The notes below the pieces were generated by a model. It was not told where the DNA came from. It saw nothing but the letters and a program-made list of their open reading frames with translations, and searched no databases. A stretch of 64,000 bases of DNA, from positions 1-64,000 of the IMG/VR virus record IMGVR_UViG_3300028549_000092. One strand, 5' to 3'. Origin of the DNA: a virus. Below, piece after piece: positions 28,761 to 37,097 of this stretch. Position 1 is the first letter of the stretch. The number at the start of each line of letters is the position of its first letter. Position numbers and translations under genes: made by a program.

Positions 28761-31700
28761 ATGGCTTATTGTTCAAATGGTATTTCAAGAGCTGGGGTCT
28801 CCGCTAAAAACGGAGAGCCTAGTGCTCTTTATCAAAGTCTACTTAAGTATTGTAGTAATGATAAAGACGCAGCTGTTGCTATATATGTATATGCACACAG
28901 TGCTGATTTCAAGTCTAAATTTGGTGATTGGGAAACAACCCCTGTAGAAAAGAGGGTAGATGCCAATGGAGAACCTTTAATAAAAGAAGTTATAGATGTT
29001 CTAAGAGCTAACTATGTCAAACAAGTTACTGATGAGTTTAGTAGTACTACTGCTAAAGAAGCTGATGACTTTTTTGACGACGGTCTTAAAATGTTTCAAG
29101 ATTCTACTCCACAAGAAGGTATTGCCAATGATAGTGTCGATACTTTTAACGATGATTTGTTAGGTATGTTTGGAGGTAATTCTGATACAGAAGTGCCACT
29201 TCACCAGACTATCAATGATTTCGCTGATGACGACATTGACGACAGTACTCTAAAAGCTAAAGCTAAACTTAATATGTTAACCCCTCAACAAACTGATGAT
29301 TTGCTTAGAGGTGGTAAGTATAGAAGTAATATTCGTATGTCTATTAAACGTATTGAAAGTACTCTTACAGCTTTAAAATATATAAATAATAATGACGATC
29401 TTGAACTAGTAAATAGATTAACTCTCAGTCTTAATAAAATGCGGACTGAGGAAAAGATTGCTAGTAGTAATTCTTTGATGAGTATTAAAACTCTTGAAAC
29501 AAAGGCTTTACAAATGATCAAACGTGCAGAGAATCTTATAAAGAGTCAAGATGTTACTCTTAAAGATTTCGTAGAAGTTAGAGATAGTTTGGAAGCTTAT
29601 GTTGACATATCCAAGTACTTTTTAAGTCCTACGGAAAAACTTGAGGGAGCTTTTATGCAAGCTAATCCAGATGAAGGTACTATAGGCTTTTCTGTAATAG
29701 AAGCTAGAGCTAAGAACTGTAGATCTGAAATGCTGGATATGTCTATGGAAGCTATGAATGATAAAATAAATAATAATAAAATTGAAGGTGGTATGACTTA
29801 TGTTTACAATATTAAACATGACGTCGACACTCTTAAAGACAGTAATATTGTTTGGGCACATGGTTTTAACATTGGTCGTACTGATTTCAAACTTCTACAA
29901 TATGTAGAAAAGGATTATCATAAACATATCAATAGTATGAATCGTCGTACTGATGATATAAATAAGCAAATAGATGAACTTAGTAAAGATATAAAATTTG
30001 ATGAATTTAGGGAATCTTATGTAGATGGCGGTAATACTGGAAACATTGTTCACCAGTATAGTCCTGAATATAGAGATGAATATGCTATGATTCGTAGAAA
30101 ACTTAGAGGTATCTATAAAGATCAAGTTAGCTTTTCCCATAAGTTTGGAGAATGGTTTAAAGATAACCATATCATACTTGATCCTAGAATCCTATTTACA
30201 AACAAAGTAAATGTATTTGATAAAGATGCCATAGGTCTTACTGACGAAGAAATAGATGCTGCTAAAGATGCTTTGATTCTAAAAGTTACAGAACTAGTTG
30301 GAGCTGAAGTTTGTGCTACTATGATTAAAAAAGTAGAAGATCAAATTGATCTATACATGGATCGTAGAGATAGTAAAGTTTTGGAACTTACATCTTTACT
30401 TAATGGTAATAAGATTAGTAAAGATACTTATGTTCTAAAACTTAAAACGTTTGATGCTCATAACTCTCCTTATTTACTAGCTGATAATGTTATTACTGGT
30501 AGACCTACAATAGCTGGAGATGTATCTCTTTTCAGTAACTTTGAAAAAGACCTTACAGCTATACCTCGTAAATACCTACTTGATAAAGGTGGTAACGATA
30601 CTAAATTTGAGACTGGTTGGTATAATAACCAATATGATAAATTAATGAGTAATCCTAAGAACAAAGCTTTCTATGATTTCTATATTGATTTAATGGAAGA
30701 ACTTAATAGTATCGTTCCTACTCACAACGGTAATACTTTAGATTCTAATTATGTTATGTTTGTTAAGAAAACTTTCATAGATATAGTTAAAGAAAATGGG
30801 TTTAAATCTACTGTTGTTACAGATAAACTTAAAGAGTTTTATAGTAAAAGTGATGGTGCTGTAGGTAAGATTAATCCTGTTACTGGTAAGATTACTAGAG
30901 AACTAGGTGTAGCATCTATTGATGCTCATATGGCAGCTATTAAACTTAAACTAGATATTAGAAAAGAAGAATTTCTTGCCGAATATGGTATCGAACCTAG
31001 TGCTGAAGATATTCAACAATTCATTAGAGAATCTAAGATTGAACTTGCTCAAGAAGCATCTTTTGATCTAGCTTCTATACTTAAAACTCATAATTACATT
31101 GCCAACTATTATATTCAAAAGGCGGTAATAGATGATGAAGTTAGAGCTGTAGATCAAATAATAAATAGTTTAAAAGAGCCTATTATACGTAAAGATGGTA
31201 GTACAGGTTTCTATAAACATGAGGTTGATAGTTTTAAGAACATGAAGATGCAATGGAACTATTGGCAAGATCAGTTTTACGGAACTCATAATAAAGATTC
31301 TGTTACAGATAAGAAAGTATATACTAAATCAGAACAAGAAATTGTTGATAGGCTTAATAAGATTTTAGAAGGTTATGATAGTGACTACTTCAATGGTAAG
31401 TTAGATGTTTTAGATTATGAAACTAAGAAAGATCGTATCAATACTCTTAAACAACGTTTAGGTACTAATCAGTCTTATGATCAGATGGGTAGAACTCTAC
31501 TACAAATTACTCAGTTTAAAGGTATGGGTTTCAATGCTATTTCTGCTGTAGCAAATGATACCTTTGGTTATATCAGTAATGTTATAGAAGCTAATGATGG
31601 TCGTATCTTTAATAAGAAAGAATTAATGATGGGCTATAAGATTACCGCAGGTAATATAGTTAGATTTTGGAGTAATAGGAAAATAAGTCCTAATGCTTCT

Positions 31701-32813
31701 GAAACTCTTACTAATATTATTAGTAGGTATGACATGCTTACTAAAAACTCAGAAGAGCTTACTTTTGCTAAGAGTTTTGAAAAGAAGAATATTATTAAAG
31801 ATGTATATCGTTTTCAAAATAGTTCTGAGTATGTTAACCAAGCACCTTTAGTAGCAGCTCTATTGTATAGACAAAAGGTTACTATCATAGAAGATGGAGT
31901 AGAAAGAGAGATTCCTATATTTGAAGCATTTGCAAAAGATGGTAACTTTAGAAAAGATATTACCATTAAGAATATTGAAGAGTGGGAAGGTGATGATAAG
32001 TTTCTAGGAGATAAGTTTTCTAATCTTATCTATAAGATTCAGAATACTATTAACGTTGTTCATGGTAACTATAATCGTTACATGGGAGTTAAGATGAGCG
32101 AGACCTTTTGGAAAGCAAGTATAAAACAGTTCCGAACATGGATGTTTGAAACCTTTGCACAGAGATTCGAGAAAGAGAAGTATCAAGAGTCATTAGGTAT
32201 GATTCGTAAAGGTAGATATAGAAGTGGTTTTATGCTAGCTGCTTATGCTACTCCTAAAGATATTGCTAAAGAGAATGTAACTCTAATGGATCATTTTAAT
32301 AGCAGTGCTTTTACTATACTTCAAACTGGTAGAAAATTAATATATCTTGATACTAAGTTTGACGATAGATTTGAAGAAGCTGATGCCGCTAATCTAAGAA
32401 AGAACATTTCAGAGTTTATTATTAAACTTAAAGTTATGGGAGTACTACTTCTACTAGCTGCTATGAAAGGTGCTGGCGACGATGATAAGAAAAAGAAACT
32501 TAGAAATCTTTATCTAGGTAATTATCTTATCAATACTGTTAGTAGAGTTCAATCAGATATTAGTATGTATTACAATCCTACCGCTTTCAATAGTATAATT
32601 AAACAACCTATTCCTTTTGTAAAAACGATTCTCGATGCTCAAGTTCTAGGTGCTGCGTGTTTTAATTATATACTTGGTGATGATGAGATTCATGCAGGTC
32701 TTTACAATCATCAAAGTAAACTTAAAAGAGCAGCATTTAAAATTCTACCTCCTCTTAATAGAGTTACTGGTTTAGAATCTATGTACAAACAGGAATACAC
32801 TAATAACAATTAA
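28761..32813 (+). CDS. Large virion protein (1350 aa), possible ejection/membrane-interacting protein
   Basis: Last gene of the plus-strand block. Hydrophobic helix VMGVLLLLAAMKGAG followed by DDDKKKK near the C-terminus. Confidence 0.8.
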   Translation: MAYCSNGISRAGVSAKNGEPSALYQSLLKYCSNDKDAAVAIYVYAHSADFKSKFGDWETTPVEKRVDANGEPLIKEVIDVLRANYVKQVTDEFSSTTAKEADDFFDDGLKMFQDSTPQEGIANDSVDTFNDDLLGMFGGNSDTEVPLHQTINDFADDDIDDSTLKAKAKLNMLTPQQTDDLLRGGKYRSNIRMSIKRIESTLTALKYINNNDDLELVNRLTLSLNKMRTEEKIASSNSLMSIKTLETKALQMIKRAENLIKSQDVTLKDFVEVRDSLEAYVDISKYFLSPTEKLEGAFMQANPDEGTIGFSVIEARAKNCRSEMLDMSMEAMNDKINNNKIEGGMTYVYNIKHDVDTLKDSNIVWAHGFNIGRTDFKLLQYVEKDYHKHINSMNRRTDDINKQIDELSKDIKFDEFRESYVDGGNTGNIVHQYSPEYRDEYAMIRRKLRGIYKDQVSFSHKFGEWFKDNHIILDPRILFTNKVNVFDKDAIGLTDEEIDAAKDALILKVTELVGAEVCATMIKKVEDQIDLYMDRRDSKVLELTSLLNGNKISKDTYVLKLKTFDAHNSPYLLADNVITGRPTIAGDVSLFSNFEKDLTAIPRKYLLDKGGNDTKFETGWYNNQYDKLMSNPKNKAFYDFYIDLMEELNSIVPTHNGNTLDSNYVMFVKKTFIDIVKENGFKSTVVTDKLKEFYSKSDGAVGKINPVTGKITRELGVASIDAHMAAIKLKLDIRKEEFLAEYGIEPSAEDIQQFIRESKIELAQEASFDLASILKTHNYIANYYIQKAVIDDEVRAVDQIINSLKEPIIRKDGSTGFYKHEVDSFKNMKMQWNYWQDQFYGTHNKDSVTDKKVYTKSEQEIVDRLNKILEGYDSDYFNGKLDVLDYETKKDRINTLKQRLGTNQSYDQMGRTLLQITQFKGMGFNAISAVANDTFGYISNVIEANDGRIFNKKELMMGYKITAGNIVRFWSNRKISPNASETLTNIISRYDMLTKNSEELTFAKSFEKKNIIKDVYRFQNSSEYVNQAPLVAALLYRQKVTIIEDGVEREIPIFEAFAKDGNFRKDITIKNIEEWEGDDKFLGDKFSNLIYKIQNTINVVHGNYNRYMGVKMSETFWKASIKQFRTWMFETFAQRFEKEKYQESLGMIRKGRYRSGFMLAAYATPKDIAKENVTLMDHFNSSAFTILQTGRKLIYLDTKFDDRFEEADAANLRKNISEFIIKLKVMGVLLLLAAMKGAGDDDKKKKLRNLYLGNYLINTVSRVQSDISMYYNPTAFNSIIKQPIPFVKTILDAQVLGAACFNYILGDDEIHAGLYNHQSKLKRAAFKILPPLNRVTGLESMYKQEYTNNN
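28936..28958 (+). repeat. Dispersed motif copy
   Basis: caacccctgtagaaaagagggta. Inside the 1350-aa ORF, read as TTPVEKRV. Confidence 0.8.
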
Positions 32814-32841
32814 GCACTTCGTAATATAGGTGCACAGCTTT

Positions 32842-32880
32842 AAAAAAAGGGTTAGTACTAATGATAGTACTAACCCTTTT
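32842..32880. terminator. Bidirectional terminator at the convergence of the two gene blocks
   Basis: Perfect 15-bp stem aaagggttagtacta-atga-tagtactaacccttt, flanked by an A-run and a T-run. Confidence 0.9.
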
Positions 32881-32884
32881 ATAG

Positions 32885-33487
32885 TTACGATAGTTGCTTA
32901 TTCAAGAGCTCGGTAAACTCTACATAATAGTCGGTTTTGTCGTCTATATGATCTTCAAGTAAATCTTCAAAATCTTCTAAGATACATGCTTGAAGATTCT
33001 CTGATCCGTAAACAGTCTTATAATCAGATGGCTTGGAATCATTAAAATGTATCTCTCCACAAGTCTTACAGACTTCACTAGTCTTATAGTGATATTGATA
33101 AACATCTCCATCGAGATGGAAATTCCATTCTACTAACAATTCTTCTGCGGCAGTTAAAGCCTCTTCTTGTGAATCGTAATAGAACTTATCAACTACTACA
33201 AACCCTCCAAAAGTATCGTCAAGTCCTATAGGTTGGTCAAACCCTTCTTTGGTATAAAGACGTAACTTAATTCCTGAATGAATATGTGCTACTACAGGAA
33301 AGAGATAAAAATCTTTAGCGTCGTCTAATGAGAATTGACCAAGCCAATGAGCGAAATCATGATTGGCATATTCAACTTTTAGTTGTTCATGATCAAACGC
33401 TAATCCCACAGCTTCATAATAAGGTCGTACATACCAATTTTTAACTTTCAACTGATACTGTTTAAAATCGAGTACAAAATCTTTCAT
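32885..33487 (-). CDS. Hypothetical acidic protein (200 aa)
   Basis: Last gene of the minus-strand block. Acidic C-terminus (EDFEDLLEDHIDDKTD) and a CKTCGE motif. Confidence 0.7.
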   Translation of the reverse strand: MKDFVLDFKQYQLKVKNWYVRPYYEAVGLAFDHEQLKVEYANHDFAHWLGQFSLDDAKDFYLFPVVAHIHSGIKLRLYTKEGFDQPIGLDDTFGGFVVVDKFYYDSQEEALTAAEELLVEWNFHLDGDVYQYHYKTSEVCKTCGEIHFNDSKPSDYKTVYGSENLQACILEDFEDLLEDHIDDKTDYYVEFTELLNKQLS

Positions 33488-33520
33488 AGATTAAAGTTTT
33501 AATTGTTGATAATGTTAATG

Positions 33521-33558
33521 AAAAAGAATCCCCCACTATTATCACAACAGTAGGGGAT
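33521..33558 (-). terminator. Terminator-like hairpin + T-run about 35 nt upstream of the 200-aa gene start
   Basis: The minus strand reads atcccctact...agtgggggat followed by tcttttt. This implies a minus-strand transcript ends inside the ORF-poor region. Confidence 0.55.
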
Positions 33559-33569
33559 CGAACTCTAAA

Positions 33570-33588
33570 TACTAAACTTTCTTTATCT
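33570..33588 (+). repeat. Box TACTAAACTTTYTTWATCT, copy 1
   Basis: tactaaactttctttatct. Copy 2 lies exactly 120 nt downstream. Confidence 0.6.
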
Positions 33589-33610
33589 ATCAATCTTAGA
33601 AATTGAAAGA

Positions 33611-33640
33611 GGATTGGCATTCCGATAACCAACCCTTTTT
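33611..33640 (+). other. Hairpin + T-run readable as a weak plus-strand terminator inside the ORF-poor region
   Basis: ggattgg-cattccgataa-ccaaccc followed by tttttcttt. The stem has one mismatch. Confidence 0.3.
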
Positions 33641-33689
33641 CTTTGCATAACAAGACACCTAATTAAGACAGATTCGATATATCTTTAAG

Positions 33690-33708
33690 TACTAAACTTT
33701 TTAATCTT
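33690..33708 (+). repeat. Box TACTAAACTTTYTTWATCT, copy 2
   Basis: tactaaactttttaatctt. Confidence 0.6.
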
Positions 33709-33719
33709 CTTGGTAATCA

Positions 33720-33747
33720 AAGGGGAGCTATTGTAGTAACTCCCCTT
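33720..33747. other. Hairpin (8-bp stem AAGGGGAG/CTCCCCTT, 12-nt loop)
   Basis: aaggggagctattgtagtaactcccctt. Confidence 0.6.
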
Positions 33748-33788
33748 ATCATAACTTTAACTTATTATAACGACATTATGCAAAATGT

Positions 33789-33805
33789 TTCTAATTAAAT
33801 AACCC
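33789..33805 (+). repeat. Box TTCTAATTAAATAACCC, copy 1 (runs into hairpin 33801-33825)
   Basis: Identical 17-mer at 33909-33925, 120 nt downstream. Confidence 0.7.
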
Positions 33806-33825
33806 GACCTCCTAGAGATCGGGTT
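33801..33825. other. Hairpin (7-bp stem AACCCGA/TCGGGTT, 11-nt loop)
   Basis: aacccgacctcctagagatcgggtt. Confidence 0.6.
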
Positions 33826-33899
33826 AAGCGTTAATCCAATGAGGGTAGTATTAACGATGCTCTATGAAGAGACTTAAATAAAACCAGAAGTATTGTAGA

Positions 33900-33925
33900 T
33901 ACTAAACCTTCTAATTAAATAACCC
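33900..33925 (+). repeat. Composite box TACTAAACC + TTCTAATTAAATAACCC (runs into hairpin 33919-33963)
   Basis: tactaaaccttctaattaaataaccc. Confidence 0.7.
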
Positions 33926-33963
33926 AATCTAATAATACTAGTAATACTACTAGACTGGGTTAT
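33919..33963. other. Long hairpin (13-bp stem with 1 mismatch)
   Basis: ataacccaatcta...tagactgggttat. Confidence 0.6.
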
Positions 33964-34134
33964 CACTCTTCCAATCACCTCTCTATAAATGATTGTAATC
34001 AAAGTGGAAATTGAGTATCACTTTATCTTAATAACAATAACAAATGGGTTACTGTTTATAATAGACTTATTAAATTTACAACTCGACCGCAACTAGTAAT
34101 TCCAAAAGATAAAGTTGTTCTTAAAGATAAAAAA

Positions 34135-34190
34135 GCTGTTGGCTGTTGGGCTGTTGGCTGTTTTGCTTTGGCTGTTGGTGTTGTTTGGAT
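34135..34190 (+). repeat. Tandem GCTGTTGG-type array (about 5 units, some degenerate)
   Basis: gctgttggctgttgggctgttggctgttttgctttggctgttggtgttgtttgg. Confidence 0.8.
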
Positions 34191-34220
34191 TCGGGAGCGT
34201 TTCTTTGAAACGTTCTCGAA
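34190..34220 (+). other. 15-bp stem / 3-nt loop hairpin (two G-T pairs on + strand)
   Basis: ttcgggagcgtttc-ttt-gaaacgttctcgaa. The two non-Watson-Crick positions are G-T on the plus strand and would be C-A on the minus strand. Confidence 0.6.
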
Positions 34221-34513
34221 TGGATGTTTCTTGGCTTCGTTCCCACAGCAAAAATAGGATTTTAAACGGACTTTTGCAACATTTACGAGAATTTGCACAC
34301 GATTTAACCTTCATTAAGGAATAACTGGTTGATTTATAGACACTTATAGACGTATCTTTGTACCGGAGGTGTAAACAGGCTTAACCTGCTTAGAATGGGA
34401 TTAATCAGACAATTGTACAGTCGATTTTCAAATATTCGATTCTAACGAGGTTGGTTATGTTAAGTAGGGTTCGACCAAGCCCCACACACCAATAGGCAAC
34501 GTTAAACGATTAC

Positions 34514-34560
34514 CATTAAAAAGAAACCCCTTACTAGTATTACTACTAGCAAGGGGTTTC
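34514..34560 (-). terminator. Terminator after the dUTPase gene
   Basis: gaaaccccttactagta...tactagcaaggggtttc, followed on the minus strand by ttttt. Confidence 0.85.
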
Positions 34561-34638
34561 TCATTTAAAAACATACCTAATCATATTATTTAAAATAGTA
34601 ATACAGGTATTTCTATGAACACATAGACATCTTCAATC

Positions 34639-35877
34639 TTACTTCTTAACTTTGTCAGCAAGACTTTTGGCAACGTCTAAAGGATTGCCAATTATTTTAC
34701 TAGTCATAGTTTTAGCACCACCATTAAAAACACCTTGAATCGAACCTGTAGTAACACCATCTCCACAAAGTTTCTCATCCGTTTCATCAACCTGAATGGT
34801 CTCTAAGACACCTCCAACAGTTGTAATAGTAGTAGGGAGCACTCCCCTCCTTTCTACGGGGGAAATCAGATGTTGCAGAAGAAGTTTACCACTAATACTA
34901 ACGTTATTGTAAACAAATACGGAATCAGGATTAGCGCGAAGTGTATCTTTAATCAGTTCTTCACCCATAACAGATATCATTTCACAGATATCAAATCTAG
35001 GATCAAATTGAATATGGATACGAGTATCGGCTTCTCCCATTTTAGTAATATCACCATCAATACCGCTACTACCAAAACCCTTAGCTCCACGATCTTTAAT
35101 AATTTGAGCTAGTTCGAAGGTATCGTTGTTAACAGGTTGAACAGATACTCTAATAGGTATCACGTATTGAAAAACGACTTGAGCAATAGATTGCTTATCT
35201 TTAATAACAATGTTACTACGACCACAGTTTTTAACGATAATGCTAGCATCACCAGTATATCCGTTGTCAATAGTTCCGGGAGCATTTGTTAATTCAAGTT
35301 CAGTTTTGAGACTAATACCAGACTTAGGTCTAACACTAGCTTCAATAGCATATGGTAGAAGATAATGAACTCCTGTAGGAATCTTTAATTTAACTCCAGG
35401 CCCTATTGTTATAAACAGACCTTCTTGACCTGTAGCAATGGTAACACCTTTAGGTAATTCATATACACCGGTCTTAACCATCAAGTTTAATAGTTCAAGA
35501 TTACAATACATATCCCACCCACTATCATTAGGATTAGCTCTAGTAGGAATTATACCCGGACAAGTAGGGTTTAAATAAAACCTAACAGCTTCTTGATTGA
35601 AAGCCGGAAGATATTTAAGATGATTAGTAATTCGAATACGTTGCTGTCTAATATCTTCTTTAAGATATCGAAGTGTTAAATCAATATCTAAATGAGTAGA
35701 CAAAGCTTTATAGACATCTTTAATGTCTCTACCAATGAACTCATAATGAGATGTCAACTCTTCTTTAGTGTCTTGTTTAAATTTATCAAACAGACCGCTA
35801 AGTTTAGTAAACTTAGTCTTAATGAATACCATGTACACTATCGTTACGAGTAGCGCAATTCCTAACAAAATTTCCAT
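34639..35877 (-). CDS. dut: dUTPase fusion protein (N-terminal TM helix + dUTPase core + about 130-aa C-terminal extension)
   Basis: dUTPase motifs SGWDMY, RPKSG, GTIDNGYTGD, IAQVVF and RGAKGFGSSG. The N-terminus is ILLGIALLVTIVYMVFI. Confidence 0.85.
   Translation of the reverse strand: MEILLGIALLVTIVYMVFIKTKFTKLSGLFDKFKQDTKEELTSHYEFIGRDIKDVYKALSTHLDIDLTLRYLKEDIRQQRIRITNHLKYLPAFNQEAVRFYLNPTCPGIIPTRANPNDSGWDMYCNLELLNLMVKTGVYELPKGVTIATGQEGLFITIGPGVKLKIPTGVHYLLPYAIEASVRPKSGISLKTELELTNAPGTIDNGYTGDASIIVKNCGRSNIVIKDKQSIAQVVFQYVIPIRVSVQPVNNDTFELAQIIKDRGAKGFGSSGIDGDITKMGEADTRIHIQFDPRFDICEMISVMGEELIKDTLRANPDSVFVYNNVSISGKLLLQHLISPVERRGVLPTTITTVGGVLETIQVDETDEKLCGDGVTTGSIQGVFNGGAKTMTSKIIGNPLDVAKSLADKVKK
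34844..34869 (-). repeat. Dispersed motif copy (reverse orientation)
   Basis: Plus strand reads cccctcctttctacgggggaaatcag. Sense to the dUTPase gene, read as ISPVERRG. Confidence 0.85.
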
Positions 35878-35896
35878 TGTAATAACGATTAAGGGT

Positions 35897-37006
35897 TTAA
35901 ACTAATGTACCTGTTGAAAGTTCACCTTTAATAGCAGGATGCGAAACATAGTCAATAAGTTGGAACGTATTAGGATTAACATGCGCCATAAAATCATTAA
36001 CAGTAGTCTTCATCCAAGGTTCTCTATTTAGAAGAACATCTATAATGGGTGTAACAGGTTTATCTTCAAGTTGCATACCTAATATAGGCAGAGGCTTAAC
36101 TTCACGAGTAGCTTGCATCTTAGCAAGATCAATATGATTTTCATACAGATGGACATCCAGTCCATTCCATACCATACGTAGGGGAAGGGTATTAGTTAAA
36201 AGACCTATGATGTTAGCCAATGCTGCATATGAACTAAGGTTAAAAGGAACACCTAGAAAATAATCAGCAGATCGTTGAACAACATCGATAGTTATCCCAT
36301 TCTTAGGAATATCGTTAATATCCAAAAGTTCTTTAAGATGTTTAGGACTTAGTACATCTAAAGTTTTAGTACCCAATTTACGTTTAAGTAAATCTTCTCT
36401 CGAACTAGTAGATAAAGTCCTGACGTGAACTTGAAAATAGATATGACAGTTAGGTTGAGCAGAAAGATCTTTGTTAGTAAGTTGAGGAGACCAACTTAAA
36501 ACATTGTGATAACGAGAAGTAGGATTACTTTGGATGTTATCTATAAGATTCTGGAATTGATCCATTCCAAAACCTTTACGCCAAAAGTGTCCATAAACCA
36601 TACCTAGATCACCAACTGCATAATCTAGCATAGCTTTGTTGGCAAGGTCTGCGTAAGTAAGATTTTTAACAGCCGTTATAAAATCTTCTTTAGTCATAGC
36701 TATTTGGTTATTAACACTACATTGATATATATACCAACCGTAAGCGTTATTATTCCAAATATTACAACCATTGTCTAGGAGATACTTAATGTTCGTATCA
36801 CCTCTTAGAAACCATAAGAGTTCTGTAATGATAGCCTTCCATTCCATCTTTTTTGTAGTAAGAATTGGAAACCGATCAATCAGAGATAGTTTAATCTGAA
36901 CACCTGGCATGACAATAGTCTTTGGCATTCCTTTTCTAGCAGCAGCTACAGAATAACCTCTTTCAATAAGAAGTTCGACATGTGTTAGATATGCTTTCAT
37001 AAGCAA
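35897..37006 (-). CDS. Thymidylate synthase (ThyA) family enzyme with internal insertion
   Basis: Motifs DLGMVYGHFWR, PNCH (nucleophile Cys), QRSADYFLGVPFNLSSYA and DVHLYENH. About 40 extra residues lie between the Cys motif and QRS. Confidence 0.8.
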   Translation of the reverse strand: MLMKAYLTHVELLIERGYSVAAARKGMPKTIVMPGVQIKLSLIDRFPILTTKKMEWKAIITELLWFLRGDTNIKYLLDNGCNIWNNNAYGWYIYQCSVNNQIAMTKEDFITAVKNLTYADLANKAMLDYAVGDLGMVYGHFWRKGFGMDQFQNLIDNIQSNPTSRYHNVLSWSPQLTNKDLSAQPNCHIYFQVHVRTLSTSSREDLLKRKLGTKTLDVLSPKHLKELLDINDIPKNGITIDVVQRSADYFLGVPFNLSSYAALANIIGLLTNTLPLRMVWNGLDVHLYENHIDLAKMQATREVKPLPILGMQLEDKPVTPIIDVLLNREPWMKTTVNDFMAHVNPNTFQLIDYVSHPAIKGELSTGTLV

Positions 37007-37058
37007 ATTTATTGGTGGTTTGAATTACAAAGAAAAGTAAACTTTATAAGTTAAGCAA

Positions 37059-37090
37059 AGGTGACAACAGTTTTAACATTGCCGTCACCT
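37059..37090 (-). terminator. Hairpin after the DUF932 gene
   Basis: aggtgac-18 nt-gtcacct, followed on the minus strand by ttgctt. Confidence 0.5.
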
Positions 37091-37097
37091 CTATGAG

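Noticed and set aside
33545-33575. The minus-strand GAGTTCGATCCCCTACTG resembles a tRNA T-arm.
   Set aside because: The T-stem has a mismatch. No acceptor, D or anticodon arms can be drawn upstream. The sequence is better explained as one arm of the hairpin and terminator at 33521-33558.
34135-34190. The GCTGTTGG repeats as a CRISPR array.
   Set aside because: The repeat period is 7-8 nt with no spacers and there are no cas genes. It is a microsatellite or iteron-like array, not a CRISPR.
34466-34492. tRNA-like 3' end (agGGTTCGAccaagccccacacACCA).
   Set aside because: I could not build a 5-bp T-stem around a 7-nt loop. There is no matching 7-bp acceptor partner at tRNA distance, and the candidate element is about 125 nt long. 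It is kept only as a low-interest structured-RNA candidate.
35878-35896. A recurrent AAAC(C/T)CTTAAT-like box 10-25 nt upstream of many minus-strand starts, for example at 35878, 53148, 59522 and 60600.
   Set aside because: It is short, degenerate and AT-rich, and it often overlaps the TAA stop of the preceding gene. I cannot distinguish it from compositional bias and stop-start coupling without statistics.
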